Assembly (NCBI GenBank): GCA_039803205.1
Contig: JBDRYB010000011.1
Span: 1-55,123 of the forward strand
Direction: 5' to 3'
Source of the DNA: a candidate division WOR-3 bacterium
GTDB lineage: Bacteria > Hydrothermota > Hydrothermia > JBDRYB01
Length of the DNA stretch: 55,123 bases
Numbering within the stretch: position 1 is the stretch's first letter; the number at the start of each line of letters is the position of its first letter. The notes below the pieces were generated by a model that was given only the letters and a program-made list of their open reading frames with translations, searched no databases and was not told the DNA's origin. Of this stretch, positions 1 to 8,351 are shown in pieces. The translations under genes were made by a program, and so were the position numbers.

Positions 1-127
1 CTCGTCAGGGCATTCCCTTCGGCAAGGCGCAAAGCGCCTTGTGCCCTGACGAGCCTCTAGGAGTTTATAATTTAATCCCTCAGGTTGGAGAGTGGCCCCT
101 AAGGTGCCCGGAAATCCGGACAGATCT

Positions 128-154
128 GCCGGCCCAGGAGGCCGGCCTCGTTTT
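128..154. terminator. GC-rich hairpin just past the porB stop; candidate terminator
   Basis: gccggcc-cagga-ggccggc (128-146) followed by tcgtttt on the + strand. Confidence 0.45.
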
Positions 155-168
155 CGGACGGAAACGGC

Positions 169-1140
169 TTATTCTTCCTTCGCTATCCCTTCGGTCTTAG
201 GCGCGGCCTCTGGTCTGGGTCTTGAGGCCAGGAACTCAAGCCGTTCCCACTCCCGGCGTATGTCCTCCTTGAAGTCCTCAAGAAGCTTCGGGTCCTTGAG
301 GATGTGCCTGAAGCGGGTCTGAGCCTTGAGGAACTCCTCTACGGGTTTGAATTCCTTGGGCCTCACCGTTATCCTGAAATAACCGTTCTCAACCTCGTAT
401 AATGGCCAGAACCCAGTCTCAACAGCGAGCTGGGATATTTCTATTGTCTTCTCCTCAGGGAATCCCCAGCCGGGCGGGCACGCTGAAAGCACATTGAGGA
501 AGGCCGGGCCCTCCGTCAAAAGACCTTTCTCCGCCTTACGAGCCAGGTCAAGCCAGTGAGAGGGTGAGGCCTGAGCCGCATAAGGTATATCATGGGCCGC
601 AACTATCTCGGTGAGGGGTTTCCTGCGCTGCTGTTTGCCCGGGATAACCGTTCCAGCTGGGGATGTGGTGGTTGACCCGTGGCGAGGGGTTGCACCCGAA
701 CGCTGGATCCCAGTGTTCATGTATGCGCCGTTGTCATAGCAAACATAGAGGAAATCATGGCCGCGCTCAAGCGCGCCCGATAGCGCTTGAAGCCCGATAT
801 CGTAAGTCCCACCATCTCCGGAGAAGACCACGAACCTTATCTTTTTATCCTTTGGTATCTTCCCCTTGCGAACCAAGGCTTTGTAAGCGGCCTCTATTCC
901 GGATATTGTAGCGCCCGTGTTGTCAAAGGCGCTGTGGAACCATGTAACGGGCCAGGCGTTGTATGGGTATATGGAAGTCACTACCTCCATACATCCCGTT
1001 GCATTCACAACGACTATGGGGTCCTCCGTTACCGAGAGGACTATCCTTATGATTGAAGGGAAAGCGCAACCAGCGCAAGCCCTGTGGCCCGGGGCCAGCT
1101 CCCTGGCTTGCCTCGCGAGTTTTCTTATGCTTATGGCCAT
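169..1140 (-). CDS. porB: Pyruvate/2-oxoacid:ferredoxin oxidoreductase beta subunit (TPP-binding)
   Basis: GHRACAGC, ATGCMEV, GDGG..DIG and YDNGAYMNTGIQRS motifs; last gene of a por operon. Confidence 0.95.
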   Translation of the reverse strand: MAISIRKLARQARELAPGHRACAGCAFPSIIRIVLSVTEDPIVVVNATGCMEVVTSIYPYNAWPVTWFHSAFDNTGATISGIEAAYKALVRKGKIPKDKKIRFVVFSGDGGTYDIGLQALSGALERGHDFLYVCYDNGAYMNTGIQRSGATPRHGSTTTSPAGTVIPGKQQRRKPLTEIVAAHDIPYAAQASPSHWLDLARKAEKGLLTEGPAFLNVLSACPPGWGFPEEKTIEISQLAVETGFWPLYEVENGYFRITVRPKEFKPVEEFLKAQTRFRHILKDPKLLEDFKEDIRREWERLEFLASRPRPEAAPKTEGIAKEE

Positions 1141-1141
1141 C

Positions 1142-2323
1142 TCAGTCCTCCTTCAGTCCAGCGTAGTTCATGATCTCGGGTATCTCCTTCTTGCCAGCGG
1201 CCATATCCAGGAGGTCGTTGTAGACCCTCATGAAGTCCTCCGGGAAGATGTCCCTGCCGCCGAAGCCATAATAGTAAGACCTGAGGATGGGATGCTTATC
1301 GTGGTGGTAAAGCGCGCCTGCTATCTCCGAGAACATCGGCCCTCCGTGGTTCTTGAAGGAGTCCGCTCTCTCCATGATAGCGACGATCTTGTATTTTCCG
1401 AGGGCCTTCCTGAGGCGCTCAACCGGGAGTGGCCTCGGGACTCTGAGCTTTATGACCGCGACGCGCTTGCCCTCCTCGGCCATGAAGTCAACGGTCTCCT
1501 TTGCTGTTCCTGCCGCAGAACCTATTATGAGGACCGCGACCTCAGCATCGTGTGGGTCGTAGATCTCCATCCAGTCATACTCCCTTCCGAAGCGCTCCCC
1601 AAACTCCCTGTATGCCTGATCTATGAATCTAGGCGCTTCCATCATTCCCTCCGCGAGCTTGCGCCTGTGTTCCATATAGCTGTCCGGAAGGGAGAGGTGG
1701 CCGGCCATTATGGGATGATCCGTATCCAGAAGGTTATAGAGGGGTTTTCTCTCCCCAAGGTATTTCGCTATCTCGGCCTTGTCCAGGACATCAACAGGCT
1801 CAAGGGTATGCGAGAGTATGAAACCATCCTCGCAGACGAAAGCTGGTAAGTTTGAGAGCTCAGCGGCCCTCGTGGCTATGAAGATGTGATCGTAGAATTC
1901 TTGGACGCTCTCCCCGTAAAACTGAAGCCAGCCGGAGTCGCGGGAGCCCATTGTATCAGAGTGGTCGCCGTGGATGTTTAGCGGCGAGTTCAGGGCTCTG
2001 GATGCTATGACCGTGACTATGGGCAATCTCATGGACGAGGCTATGTATAACACCTCGTGCATCAGGGCGAGGCCTTGCGCGGCTGTCGCTGTCATAACCC
2101 TTGCTCCGCAAGCAGATGCGCCAATGCAAGCGCTCATCGCGGAGTGCTCCGATTCAACCGGGACGAACTCGGTCTGGCACTCGCCATTATTGACATAATC
2201 CGAGAAACGCTCAACAACCTGGGTTGATGGGGTTATGGGATAAGCCGCAACCACATCCGGATTTATCTGCATCATCGCGTATGCGGCGGCCTCGTTTCCG
2301 GTCATGGGTATCCTTGGCATCAC
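1142..2323 (-). CDS. porA: Pyruvate/2-oxoacid:ferredoxin oxidoreductase alpha subunit
   Basis: MTGNEAAA, AAYPITPST, ESEHSA and YGFGGRD motifs. Confidence 0.95.
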   Translation of the reverse strand: MMPRIPMTGNEAAAYAMMQINPDVVAAYPITPSTQVVERFSDYVNNGECQTEFVPVESEHSAMSACIGASACGARVMTATAAQGLALMHEVLYIASSMRLPIVTVIASRALNSPLNIHGDHSDTMGSRDSGWLQFYGESVQEFYDHIFIATRAAELSNLPAFVCEDGFILSHTLEPVDVLDKAEIAKYLGERKPLYNLLDTDHPIMAGHLSLPDSYMEHRRKLAEGMMEAPRFIDQAYREFGERFGREYDWMEIYDPHDAEVAVLIIGSAAGTAKETVDFMAEEGKRVAVIKLRVPRPLPVERLRKALGKYKIVAIMERADSFKNHGGPMFSEIAGALYHHDKHPILRSYYYGFGGRDIFPEDFMRVYNDLLDMAAGKKEIPEIMNYAGLKED

Positions 2324-2601
2324 TTCACCTCCTGAACTATGTCTATGGCCTTACATTTATCCGGGCACACCTCAGCGCATATGCCACAACCTTTGCAGTA
2401 GTCGTAGTCTATTCCGACCATCTTGTCTTCCTTCACGAGGATAGAGGAATCCGGACAATATAGCCAACAGAGAAGGCAGTGGTTGCACTTATCCTCGTGC
2501 CATACGGGCCTTCTGGTCCTCCAATTCCCCGTCTTTATTGCCCTGGATGTGCATGGTTCAGGGATAAAGGGCGCGGGTTCAAGCTCTTTCCAGCTCTTCA
2601 T
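2320..2601 (-). CDS. porD: Oxidoreductase delta subunit (2x[4Fe-4S])
   Basis: KTGNWRT..P followed by CxxCxxCxxxCP and YCKGCGICAEVCP. Confidence 0.93.
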   Translation of the reverse strand: MKSWKELEPAPFIPEPCTSRAIKTGNWRTRRPVWHEDKCNHCLLCWLYCPDSSILVKEDKMVGIDYDYCKGCGICAEVCPDKCKAIDIVQEVK

Positions 2602-3176
2602 ATCTCCTTCACCTCCTCGTATGCCCTTCTGAGAGCGGCAAGGTTCTCGTTCACGGTCTTCTCTCCCTTCAGTCTGAACCTAGCCGCGATTGCCTCCTCA
2701 AGGGCTTTCAGGGGCAGTAGATCCCCGAGAACCCTGGATACCGCGCCAACAATAGGGGTGTTTGGGATGTTCCTGCCGAATGAAGCGAGCGCTATTCCCG
2801 ATGCGTCAACCGAAAATAGCCTTCGGCCATCAATCTTTATCCTCTTTCTGAGCTCCTCACCCGGCAAAACGGAATTAACCAGGATGATGCCGTCCGGCAC
2901 GAGTCCTTCCAGGACATCTGGAGAATCAACGAAGCCTGAGTCAATGACCACGACCATGTCCGGTTCAGTGATGCCTGAGCGGACGCGTATGGTCTTGTCG
3001 GAAATGCGGTTGTAGGCCCTGACAGGCGCGCCCCGGCGCTCAGGCCCAAACTCAGGGATGGCTTGGACGAACTTGCCCTCCCTTACAAGGGCATCGGCCA
3101 CGAGAAGGGCAGCTGTGACGGTCCCCATGCCTCCGCGGCCGTGCCATCTTATCTCGTATAGTCCTTTGACCTTCAA
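2598..3176 (-). CDS. porC: Oxidoreductase gamma subunit; start moved to TTG at 3176
   Basis: EIRWHGRGGMG and FGPERRGAPV motifs; GAGGAGG Shine-Dalgarno upstream of the TTG. Confidence 0.93.
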   Translation of the reverse strand: MKVKGLYEIRWHGRGGMGTVTAALLVADALVREGKFVQAIPEFGPERRGAPVRAYNRISDKTIRVRSGITEPDMVVVIDSGFVDSPDVLEGLVPDGIILVNSVLPGEELRKRIKIDGRRLFSVDASGIALASFGRNIPNTPIVGAVSRVLGDLLPLKALEEAIAARFRLKGEKTVNENLAALRRAYEEVKEI

Positions 3177-3281
3177 GGCAGTTGCCTCCTCAAGAAGAAA
3201 GATCATATTATATGGCCAGAGCCCCATGAGAAACAAGCAAAATGGCAAAGAGGCCCGGATTTGCTTTATAATATTCCCCTC

Positions 3282-3354
3282 GCGGGAGTAACTCAGCTGG
3301 TAGAGTTCCAGCCTTCCAAGCTGGGTGTCGCGGGTTCAAATCCCGTCTCCCGCT
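3282..3354 (+). tRNA. tRNA-Gly(UCC), CCA not encoded
   Basis: Acceptor gcgggag/ctcccgc, anticodon arm ccagc-ct TCC aa-gctgg, T-loop ttcaaat; TATAAT upstream. Confidence 0.95.
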
Positions 3355-3357
3355 TTT

Positions 3358-3429
3358 TGCGGGGTCGTCTAATTGGCAGGACGGCAGACTCTGGATCTGC
3401 TAGTTGGGGTTCGAGTCCCTGCCCCGCAG
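3358..3429 (+). tRNA. tRNA-Gln(CUG), CCA not encoded
   Basis: Acceptor tgcgggg/ccccgca, anticodon arm gcaga-ct CTG ga-tctgc, T-loop ttcgagt. Confidence 0.95.
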
Positions 3430-3510
3430 TTCAGCTCCTTATCCGGCAATCGTTGGGGTTCGAGTCTCAGAATTTGGCTCTATTCCCCAGTCTTCCTTGG
3501 GAGTTATTAC

Positions 3511-5352
3511 CTACCTCGTCACCACAAGCTTCTGGGTCCTGGAAACCTCTCCCTCCTCAAGCCTCAGGAAATATGCGCCCGGCTCAGGCTCCCACGCAAC
3601 GGATTTGATCCCTTGGCTCCTGCCGGAGAAGAGGGTTGCGACGAGCCTACCCGTCGCGTCGTATGCCTTTAGGCTAGCGCTAGCCTTCCCGGAGAGCACA
3701 AACTCTACTTTGACCTTGCCCCTCACTGGGTTCTGGAAGGGTAGGAGAGCCGTGTTCGTTATGGCTTCGCACGGGTCCTCGCAGATATCGGCTCCTGCAC
3801 CGGCTATCATGTTGAAGCTGGATGTGTTATTGTAGCTTCCAGCGCTTATGCTAAGGAAGAAGGGAACCCTGTGGCCGAGCGGGCACGAAGCGTTCAGGGT
3901 AACCTGGTAGCTGGCGTTTGATGTTCCGGTTCCCTCGGAAGGCATGTCCGGATAAGAAGAGGCATTTTGGGTTATGGTTACATAGGGATCTGGGGATGAA
4001 AGGGTCGCTGATACGCCGGAAGCGGTTTGCCCGCCTGAGTTGATCAGGGTTATGGTGAACGAACTGGGCCCGTATGGAAGGCTGTCGCCTATGGAATTGG
4101 AGTAATATGTCAGTATGGGTTGATTCGGAAGGGAGGTGGAGCCGTTTATGAACCACCACCAGGATGAGTTTTTCGCCCAGCATAGGTTCCTCCACTCTGA
4201 GGACGGGGAGCTAGTTGGCGCATATATGGCTATGCCATGACTCCCAGAAACCGAACCCCAGCTGTCATCGTTGTCATACCAGAAAGAGCCTATAAGCGCG
4301 GTGTCGTTATATACAGACCCGTCTCCCTGAATATCAACCACAGCCTGGGCCGCGGCCCTCAGGTTAGCGGGGAGGGAGGGGGTCTTCGCTATGCTATCGG
4401 CAAAATCATATAGGTCCATCAGGTCAGAATCCGAGTAGCGCTGAGCGTTTTGGTAGCAAGCGTTTATCTGCGCCTGGTTCTTTCCTCCGGCCTTTATGAG
4501 CTCCCGCGAGAACCTATCAACCGCCAGATAATACCTGGTGAACCAGGGCCCCTGATCGACCGCTGAGTGGGTGATGTTTGACGAACCATCATACTGGGTT
4601 CCGCCTGGCTTGTAGCTTTCAACATATATGCTCGCGAAGTTGTGGCCGAGCTCCTGGGGCGAGGCGTTTGGGTGATCGTTCAGCCACTGCATCAGCGTCT
4701 CATATGGATACCCGTCCCACGGCTCTGTCTCCTCCGAGTGAACCGAGACATCGGTGAAATCCTTTACCTCGTATTCAACCTCAAGAAGCCCCATCAGACA
4801 AGCGTCGTAGGACAAAATGCTCAGATTCCTGTCCAGTATTCCAAATATTGAATCCGCGAGATACCTGAGCTCTCCCCCCGCGACAGAGATGTAATCGTTG
4901 TCCGTGTCGTCATAGGAAACCCCCTTGTCCGGGCCCCTCTTGTCCCAGCCTGATCCGTGGTTCCAGATTATGATCCAGTAGCAGTCCGTTTGGGAGAGAA
5001 GCCGCACGGTGTCCAGGAACCATATCACATTGTCCGGGTCCCCCATGTTCAGCTCTCCGCAGTCCTTGATGAGCTGGGAGTTTATCGTTGTCATATTAGC
5101 GTCAGGGAGAATCCTATAAAGCCTGGTTCCTTCCCAGTTTCCGTTTGAGTTGTCGTAGCCCGGAGTCCTATCAAACAGCACATAGACATTATACTTGGTG
5201 GTGTCTATCTCGCTCTCCATCTCGTTTATGTCGTCTATGCCGGCCTCCTCAAGGTTGTTGTCCCCGTTGAGGAAAACGCATACGGTCCACTTCTTTCCCT
5301 GGGCAAATGAGAGGCCCAAGAAAACAGCTATTCCTGCAATAACTCTAAACAT
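3511..5352 (-). CDS. Secreted clostripain-family (C11) cysteine peptidase with Ig-like domain and T9SS-like C-terminal domain
   Basis: Signal peptide; KKWT..F..DNNLE, LNMGDP, catalytic NHGSGW and DACLMG; C-terminal NPV...YDATGRLV...GAYFLRL...KLVVTR. Confidence 0.85.
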   Translation of the reverse strand: MFRVIAGIAVFLGLSFAQGKKWTVCVFLNGDNNLEEAGIDDINEMESEIDTTKYNVYVLFDRTPGYDNSNGNWEGTRLYRILPDANMTTINSQLIKDCGELNMGDPDNVIWFLDTVRLLSQTDCYWIIIWNHGSGWDKRGPDKGVSYDDTDNDYISVAGGELRYLADSIFGILDRNLSILSYDACLMGLLEVEYEVKDFTDVSVHSEETEPWDGYPYETLMQWLNDHPNASPQELGHNFASIYVESYKPGGTQYDGSSNITHSAVDQGPWFTRYYLAVDRFSRELIKAGGKNQAQINACYQNAQRYSDSDLMDLYDFADSIAKTPSLPANLRAAAQAVVDIQGDGSVYNDTALIGSFWYDNDDSWGSVSGSHGIAIYAPTSSPSSEWRNLCWAKNSSWWWFINGSTSLPNQPILTYYSNSIGDSLPYGPSSFTITLINSGGQTASGVSATLSSPDPYVTITQNASSYPDMPSEGTGTSNASYQVTLNASCPLGHRVPFFLSISAGSYNNTSSFNMIAGAGADICEDPCEAITNTALLPFQNPVRGKVKVEFVLSGKASASLKAYDATGRLVATLFSGRSQGIKSVAWEPEPGAYFLRLEEGEVSRTQKLVVTR

Positions 5353-5460
5353 GCATGCCTCCTAAGAAGCAAATTATAAGGCCCAGGCCAGGGAGCTTCA
5401 AGGAGTGATGCGCCGCGCCTTTGTGCTTTAAAATATGGCCAAACCTGGAGGTTCGCCAAG

Positions 5461-5712
5461 ATGAGATTGCAGAAATGGTTTAGGGATAACGCGCTGGGGA
5501 TACTCTCCCAGGTGGTAGTCGCAGGCTTGGTCGTTTGGGCCACTATAAGCACCCTTTTCTGGATCGGTGAGCGCTCGGCCCGTCAGAACCTTGAGGATCA
5601 GATACGCAGGGGCTCTTTCCCCGCGTCCGGCAGAAACCTTTACGCCCGGGCCCAGTATGGCTCAGGTTCATCCCTTAAGGACATAAAGGGCGCGATGAAG
5701 ATTAAACCATGA
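5461..5712 (+). CDS. Small single-TM hypothetical protein
   Basis: GGAGG upstream, one hydrophobic segment, ATGA overlap with der. Confidence 0.5.
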   Translation: MRLQKWFRDNALGILSQVVVAGLVVWATISTLFWIGERSARQNLEDQIRRGSFPASGRNLYARAQYGSGSSLKDIKGAMKIKP

Positions 5713-6968
5713 AGCTTCCCCTCGTCGTTATCGTGGGCCGGGTCAACACGGGGAAAAGCACGCTTTTCAATAGGATCCTCGGAAAGCCGCTTGCCATAAC
5801 TGACGAGAGGCCCGGCGTCACCAGGGACGCCATCAAGAAGCCAGCCCAACACAACGGCGCTGGTTTTCTCATTGCGGATACGGGGGGGTTCATGGGTGAG
5901 GAAAACCCCAAGCTCTGGCCAGAGATAAAAAGGCGCATAGAGTCAATTGTAAAAGAGGCTGATGTGGTCGTTTTCCTCACGGACGCGAAGGATGGGCTTC
6001 TGCCCCTTGACCGGGAGATAGCCGCCTGGCTCAGGAAAACCGCCAGGGTCGTTCTTCTCGCCGCGAACAAGTGCGATTCCCGAAGATCTGCCCCTGAGGA
6101 GTTCTACGCGCTGGGTTTTGAGGTTTTCCCGATATCAGCCATAACTGGCTTGGGTGTTGATGAGCTCCTTGACCGTATAGCGGGAATAATCGGCCGTGTC
6201 CCCCCGTTGCCGCAGAGGACGGACCTCATAAGGATAAGCATAATAGGGAAGCCAAATGTCGGAAAGAGCTCGCTTTTGAACGCGCTAGTGGGCAGGGATG
6301 AGGCAGTTGTCTCAGAGTCACCTGGGACAACGAGAGACCCAGTTGAGGCCGTTGCCGGAGACCTCCTTGTGCTTGACACCGCTGGCATAAAAAGGAGATT
6401 CGCGGACGATCTTGAGTATTATTCATATCTAAGATCGCTGAGGAGCCTCCGCTACTCCGAGATATGCCTCGTGGTTCTGGATTCCTCCCAGCCAATAACC
6501 GCCATAGACAAGAAGATAGCCAGTCTCGCTGTTAAGGAGGGCCGGGGTGTTATCCTCTGTATCAACAAGATTGATTTGATCCCAAAGGGGCGGAGGGCAA
6601 AGCTTCTTGAGGAGATAAGGGGGTTCATGGGCTTCCTCTATTGGGCGCCAGCGATCCCCATATCAGCCCTTACTTGTGAGGGAATGGACGAGATACCCAT
6701 CAGCGTCAGGGGCATTCACCGAGAGTTCCACAAGCAGGTTGGCCAGGAAGCCCTTTATGAGCTTTTGGTTGAGGCAACGGGAAAGCTCTCCCCAGGAACC
6801 ATGCTCTTCTCCTTAAAACAGCTCAGGAGCGCGCCCCCGGTCTTTCTCCTCAGAGCAGATATGAAGCCGAGGGCAGAATATCTCTCTTTCCTTGAGAGGG
6901 AGATTAGGGCGAGGTTTGGGTTCTCGGGGGTTCCGATAAGGATAGAGGTTTCAATCCCCCGCGGCTGA
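5709..6968 (+). CDS. der: Ribosome biogenesis GTPase Der (EngA)
   Basis: Two G domains (GRVNTGKS/DTGG/NKCD and GKPNVGKS/DTAG/NKID) plus KH-like tail FGFSGVPI. Confidence 0.93.
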   Translation: MKLPLVVIVGRVNTGKSTLFNRILGKPLAITDERPGVTRDAIKKPAQHNGAGFLIADTGGFMGEENPKLWPEIKRRIESIVKEADVVVFLTDAKDGLLPLDREIAAWLRKTARVVLLAANKCDSRRSAPEEFYALGFEVFPISAITGLGVDELLDRIAGIIGRVPPLPQRTDLIRISIIGKPNVGKSSLLNALVGRDEAVVSESPGTTRDPVEAVAGDLLVLDTAGIKRRFADDLEYYSYLRSLRSLRYSEICLVVLDSSQPITAIDKKIASLAVKEGRGVILCINKIDLIPKGRRAKLLEEIRGFMGFLYWAPAIPISALTCEGMDEIPISVRGIHREFHKQVGQEALYELLVEATGKLSPGTMLFSLKQLRSAPPVFLLRADMKPRAEYLSFLEREIRARFGFSGVPIRIEVSIPRG

Positions 6969-6977
6969 GCGCGATAC

Positions 6978-7007
6978 TTGGCACAGCGCTGAGCCATGCT
7001 TTATAAT
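6978..7007 (+). promoter_or_regulatory. Sigma70-type promoter of rplT-pheS-pheT
   Basis: TTGGCA-18 nt-TATAAT, then AGGAGG before the rplT ATG. Confidence 0.55.
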
Positions 7008-7032
7008 TTAGCCCCCCAAAAAGGAGGATATT

Positions 7033-7386
7033 ATGCGCGTGAAGACCGGATACACGCGGAGACGCAGGCACAAGAAAATCTTGCGCGAGACCAGGGGCTA
7101 CTACGGAGACAAGTCCCGGCGCTGGCGCAGGGCTCACGAGGCATGGATGCGCTCAGGCGCTTTTGCCTATGCCCATAGGAAGGATAAGAAGGGGGACTTT
7201 CGCCGTCTCTGGATAGCGAGAATAAACGCGGCCACAAGGCCTTTTGGTCTCAGTTATTCACGGTTCATGTGCGGGCTTTCCCGCGCGGGGGTGAACCTGA
7301 ACAGGAAGATCCTCGCTGACCTTGCTGTTCGGGAACCAGAGGCCATAGCCGAGCTCGCTAGGGTGGCCAAAGAGGCCCTGGGCTAG
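7033..7386 (+). CDS. rplT: 50S ribosomal protein L20
   Basis: MRVKTG...FRRLWIARINAA...SYSRF...LNRKILADLA. Confidence 0.97.
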   Translation: MRVKTGYTRRRRHKKILRETRGYYGDKSRRWRRAHEAWMRSGAFAYAHRKDKKGDFRRLWIARINAATRPFGLSYSRFMCGLSRAGVNLNRKILADLAVREPEAIAELARVAKEALG

Positions 7387-7388
7387 AC

Positions 7389-8351
7389 ATGAATCCGGAC
7401 GATGTTCTCCGCTCCTTCCGGGAGGAACTGAGCCGCGTCTCCTCTCCCAGAGATCTAGAGGGACTCAGGATCAGATACCTCGGCAAAAAAGGGATTATGA
7501 GGCAGCTTCTTGAAGGCCTCAAAAACGCCCCTCCCCAGGAAAGAAAAGAGCTGGGCCGAGCAATAAACGAGGCGAAATCCTCTATAGAGAAGGAAATAGA
7601 GGAGGCCCTTTCCCGGATAAAAGAGAGGCAAAGGCAGGTTGATCTCACCCTTCCCGGAAGGGAACTACAAAGGGGAAACATACACCCTCTGAGGCGCGTT
7701 TACGATGAACTCGTGGGGATATTCGTGGGAATGGGATTCTCTGTTGAGACAGGGCCGGAAATAGAGTGGGATTGGTATAACTTTGAGGCCCTGAACATCC
7801 CAAAACTGCATCCTGCCCGGGATCTTCAGGACACCATGTATATAACGGATAATATGGTGATGAGGACCCACACCTCCCCCGTTCAGATAAGAGCAATGCA
7901 GAAAATAGGCAGGCCCCCTATAAGGATAATCGCTCCCGGGAAGGTCTATCGCCGGGACCCGTTTGATGCCTCTCACTCCCCATGCTTCAACCAGATGGAG
8001 GGCCTGGCGATTGATGTGGATGTCAGCTTCGCTGGGCTCAAGAGCGATCTCACCGCGTTCGCGAGGGCGGTTTTCGGCCCGGAGACCCAGGTTGATTTCA
8101 TCCCCTCGTATTATCCTTTCACGGAGCCATCCGCGGACATGGTCGTCAAGTGGAAGGGCAGGTGGATGGAGATACTCGGCTCCGGAATGGTTCATCCCCA
8201 GGTTCTGAGAAACGGGGGAATAGATCCGGAGCTTTACACTGGCTACGCGTTTGGTTTCGGGGTTGACAGGATAGCCATGATCAAATACGGCATAGATGAC
8301 ATAAGGCTGTTCTTTGAGAACGATAGGGCTTTTCTGGAGCAGATAAGATGA
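7389..8351 (+). CDS. pheS: Phenylalanine-tRNA ligase alpha subunit
   Basis: NFEALN.P..HPARD.QDT, RTHTSPVQ, YPFTEPS, GMVHP, FGFGVDR. Confidence 0.97.
   Translation: MNPDDVLRSFREELSRVSSPRDLEGLRIRYLGKKGIMRQLLEGLKNAPPQERKELGRAINEAKSSIEKEIEEALSRIKERQRQVDLTLPGRELQRGNIHPLRRVYDELVGIFVGMGFSVETGPEIEWDWYNFEALNIPKLHPARDLQDTMYITDNMVMRTHTSPVQIRAMQKIGRPPIRIIAPGKVYRRDPFDASHSPCFNQMEGLAIDVDVSFAGLKSDLTAFARAVFGPETQVDFIPSYYPFTEPSADMVVKWKGRWMEILGSGMVHPQVLRNGGIDPELYTGYAFGFGVDRIAMIKYGIDDIRLFFENDRAFLEQIR

Noticed and set aside
1..60. Hammerhead ribozyme (CUGACGAG present)
   Set aside because: No GAAA core after a stem II is visible, and the motif is fully paired in an inverted repeat.
917..1849. Long antisense ORFs (also 29406-30347, 9926-10600 and 40480-41106)
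   Set aside because: They lie opposite well-conserved genes and have no motifs, as expected for shadow ORFs in GC-rich DNA.
3282..3429. tRNAs lacking an encoded CCA as a novelty
   Set aside because: This is common in many bacteria that rely on a CCA-adding enzyme.
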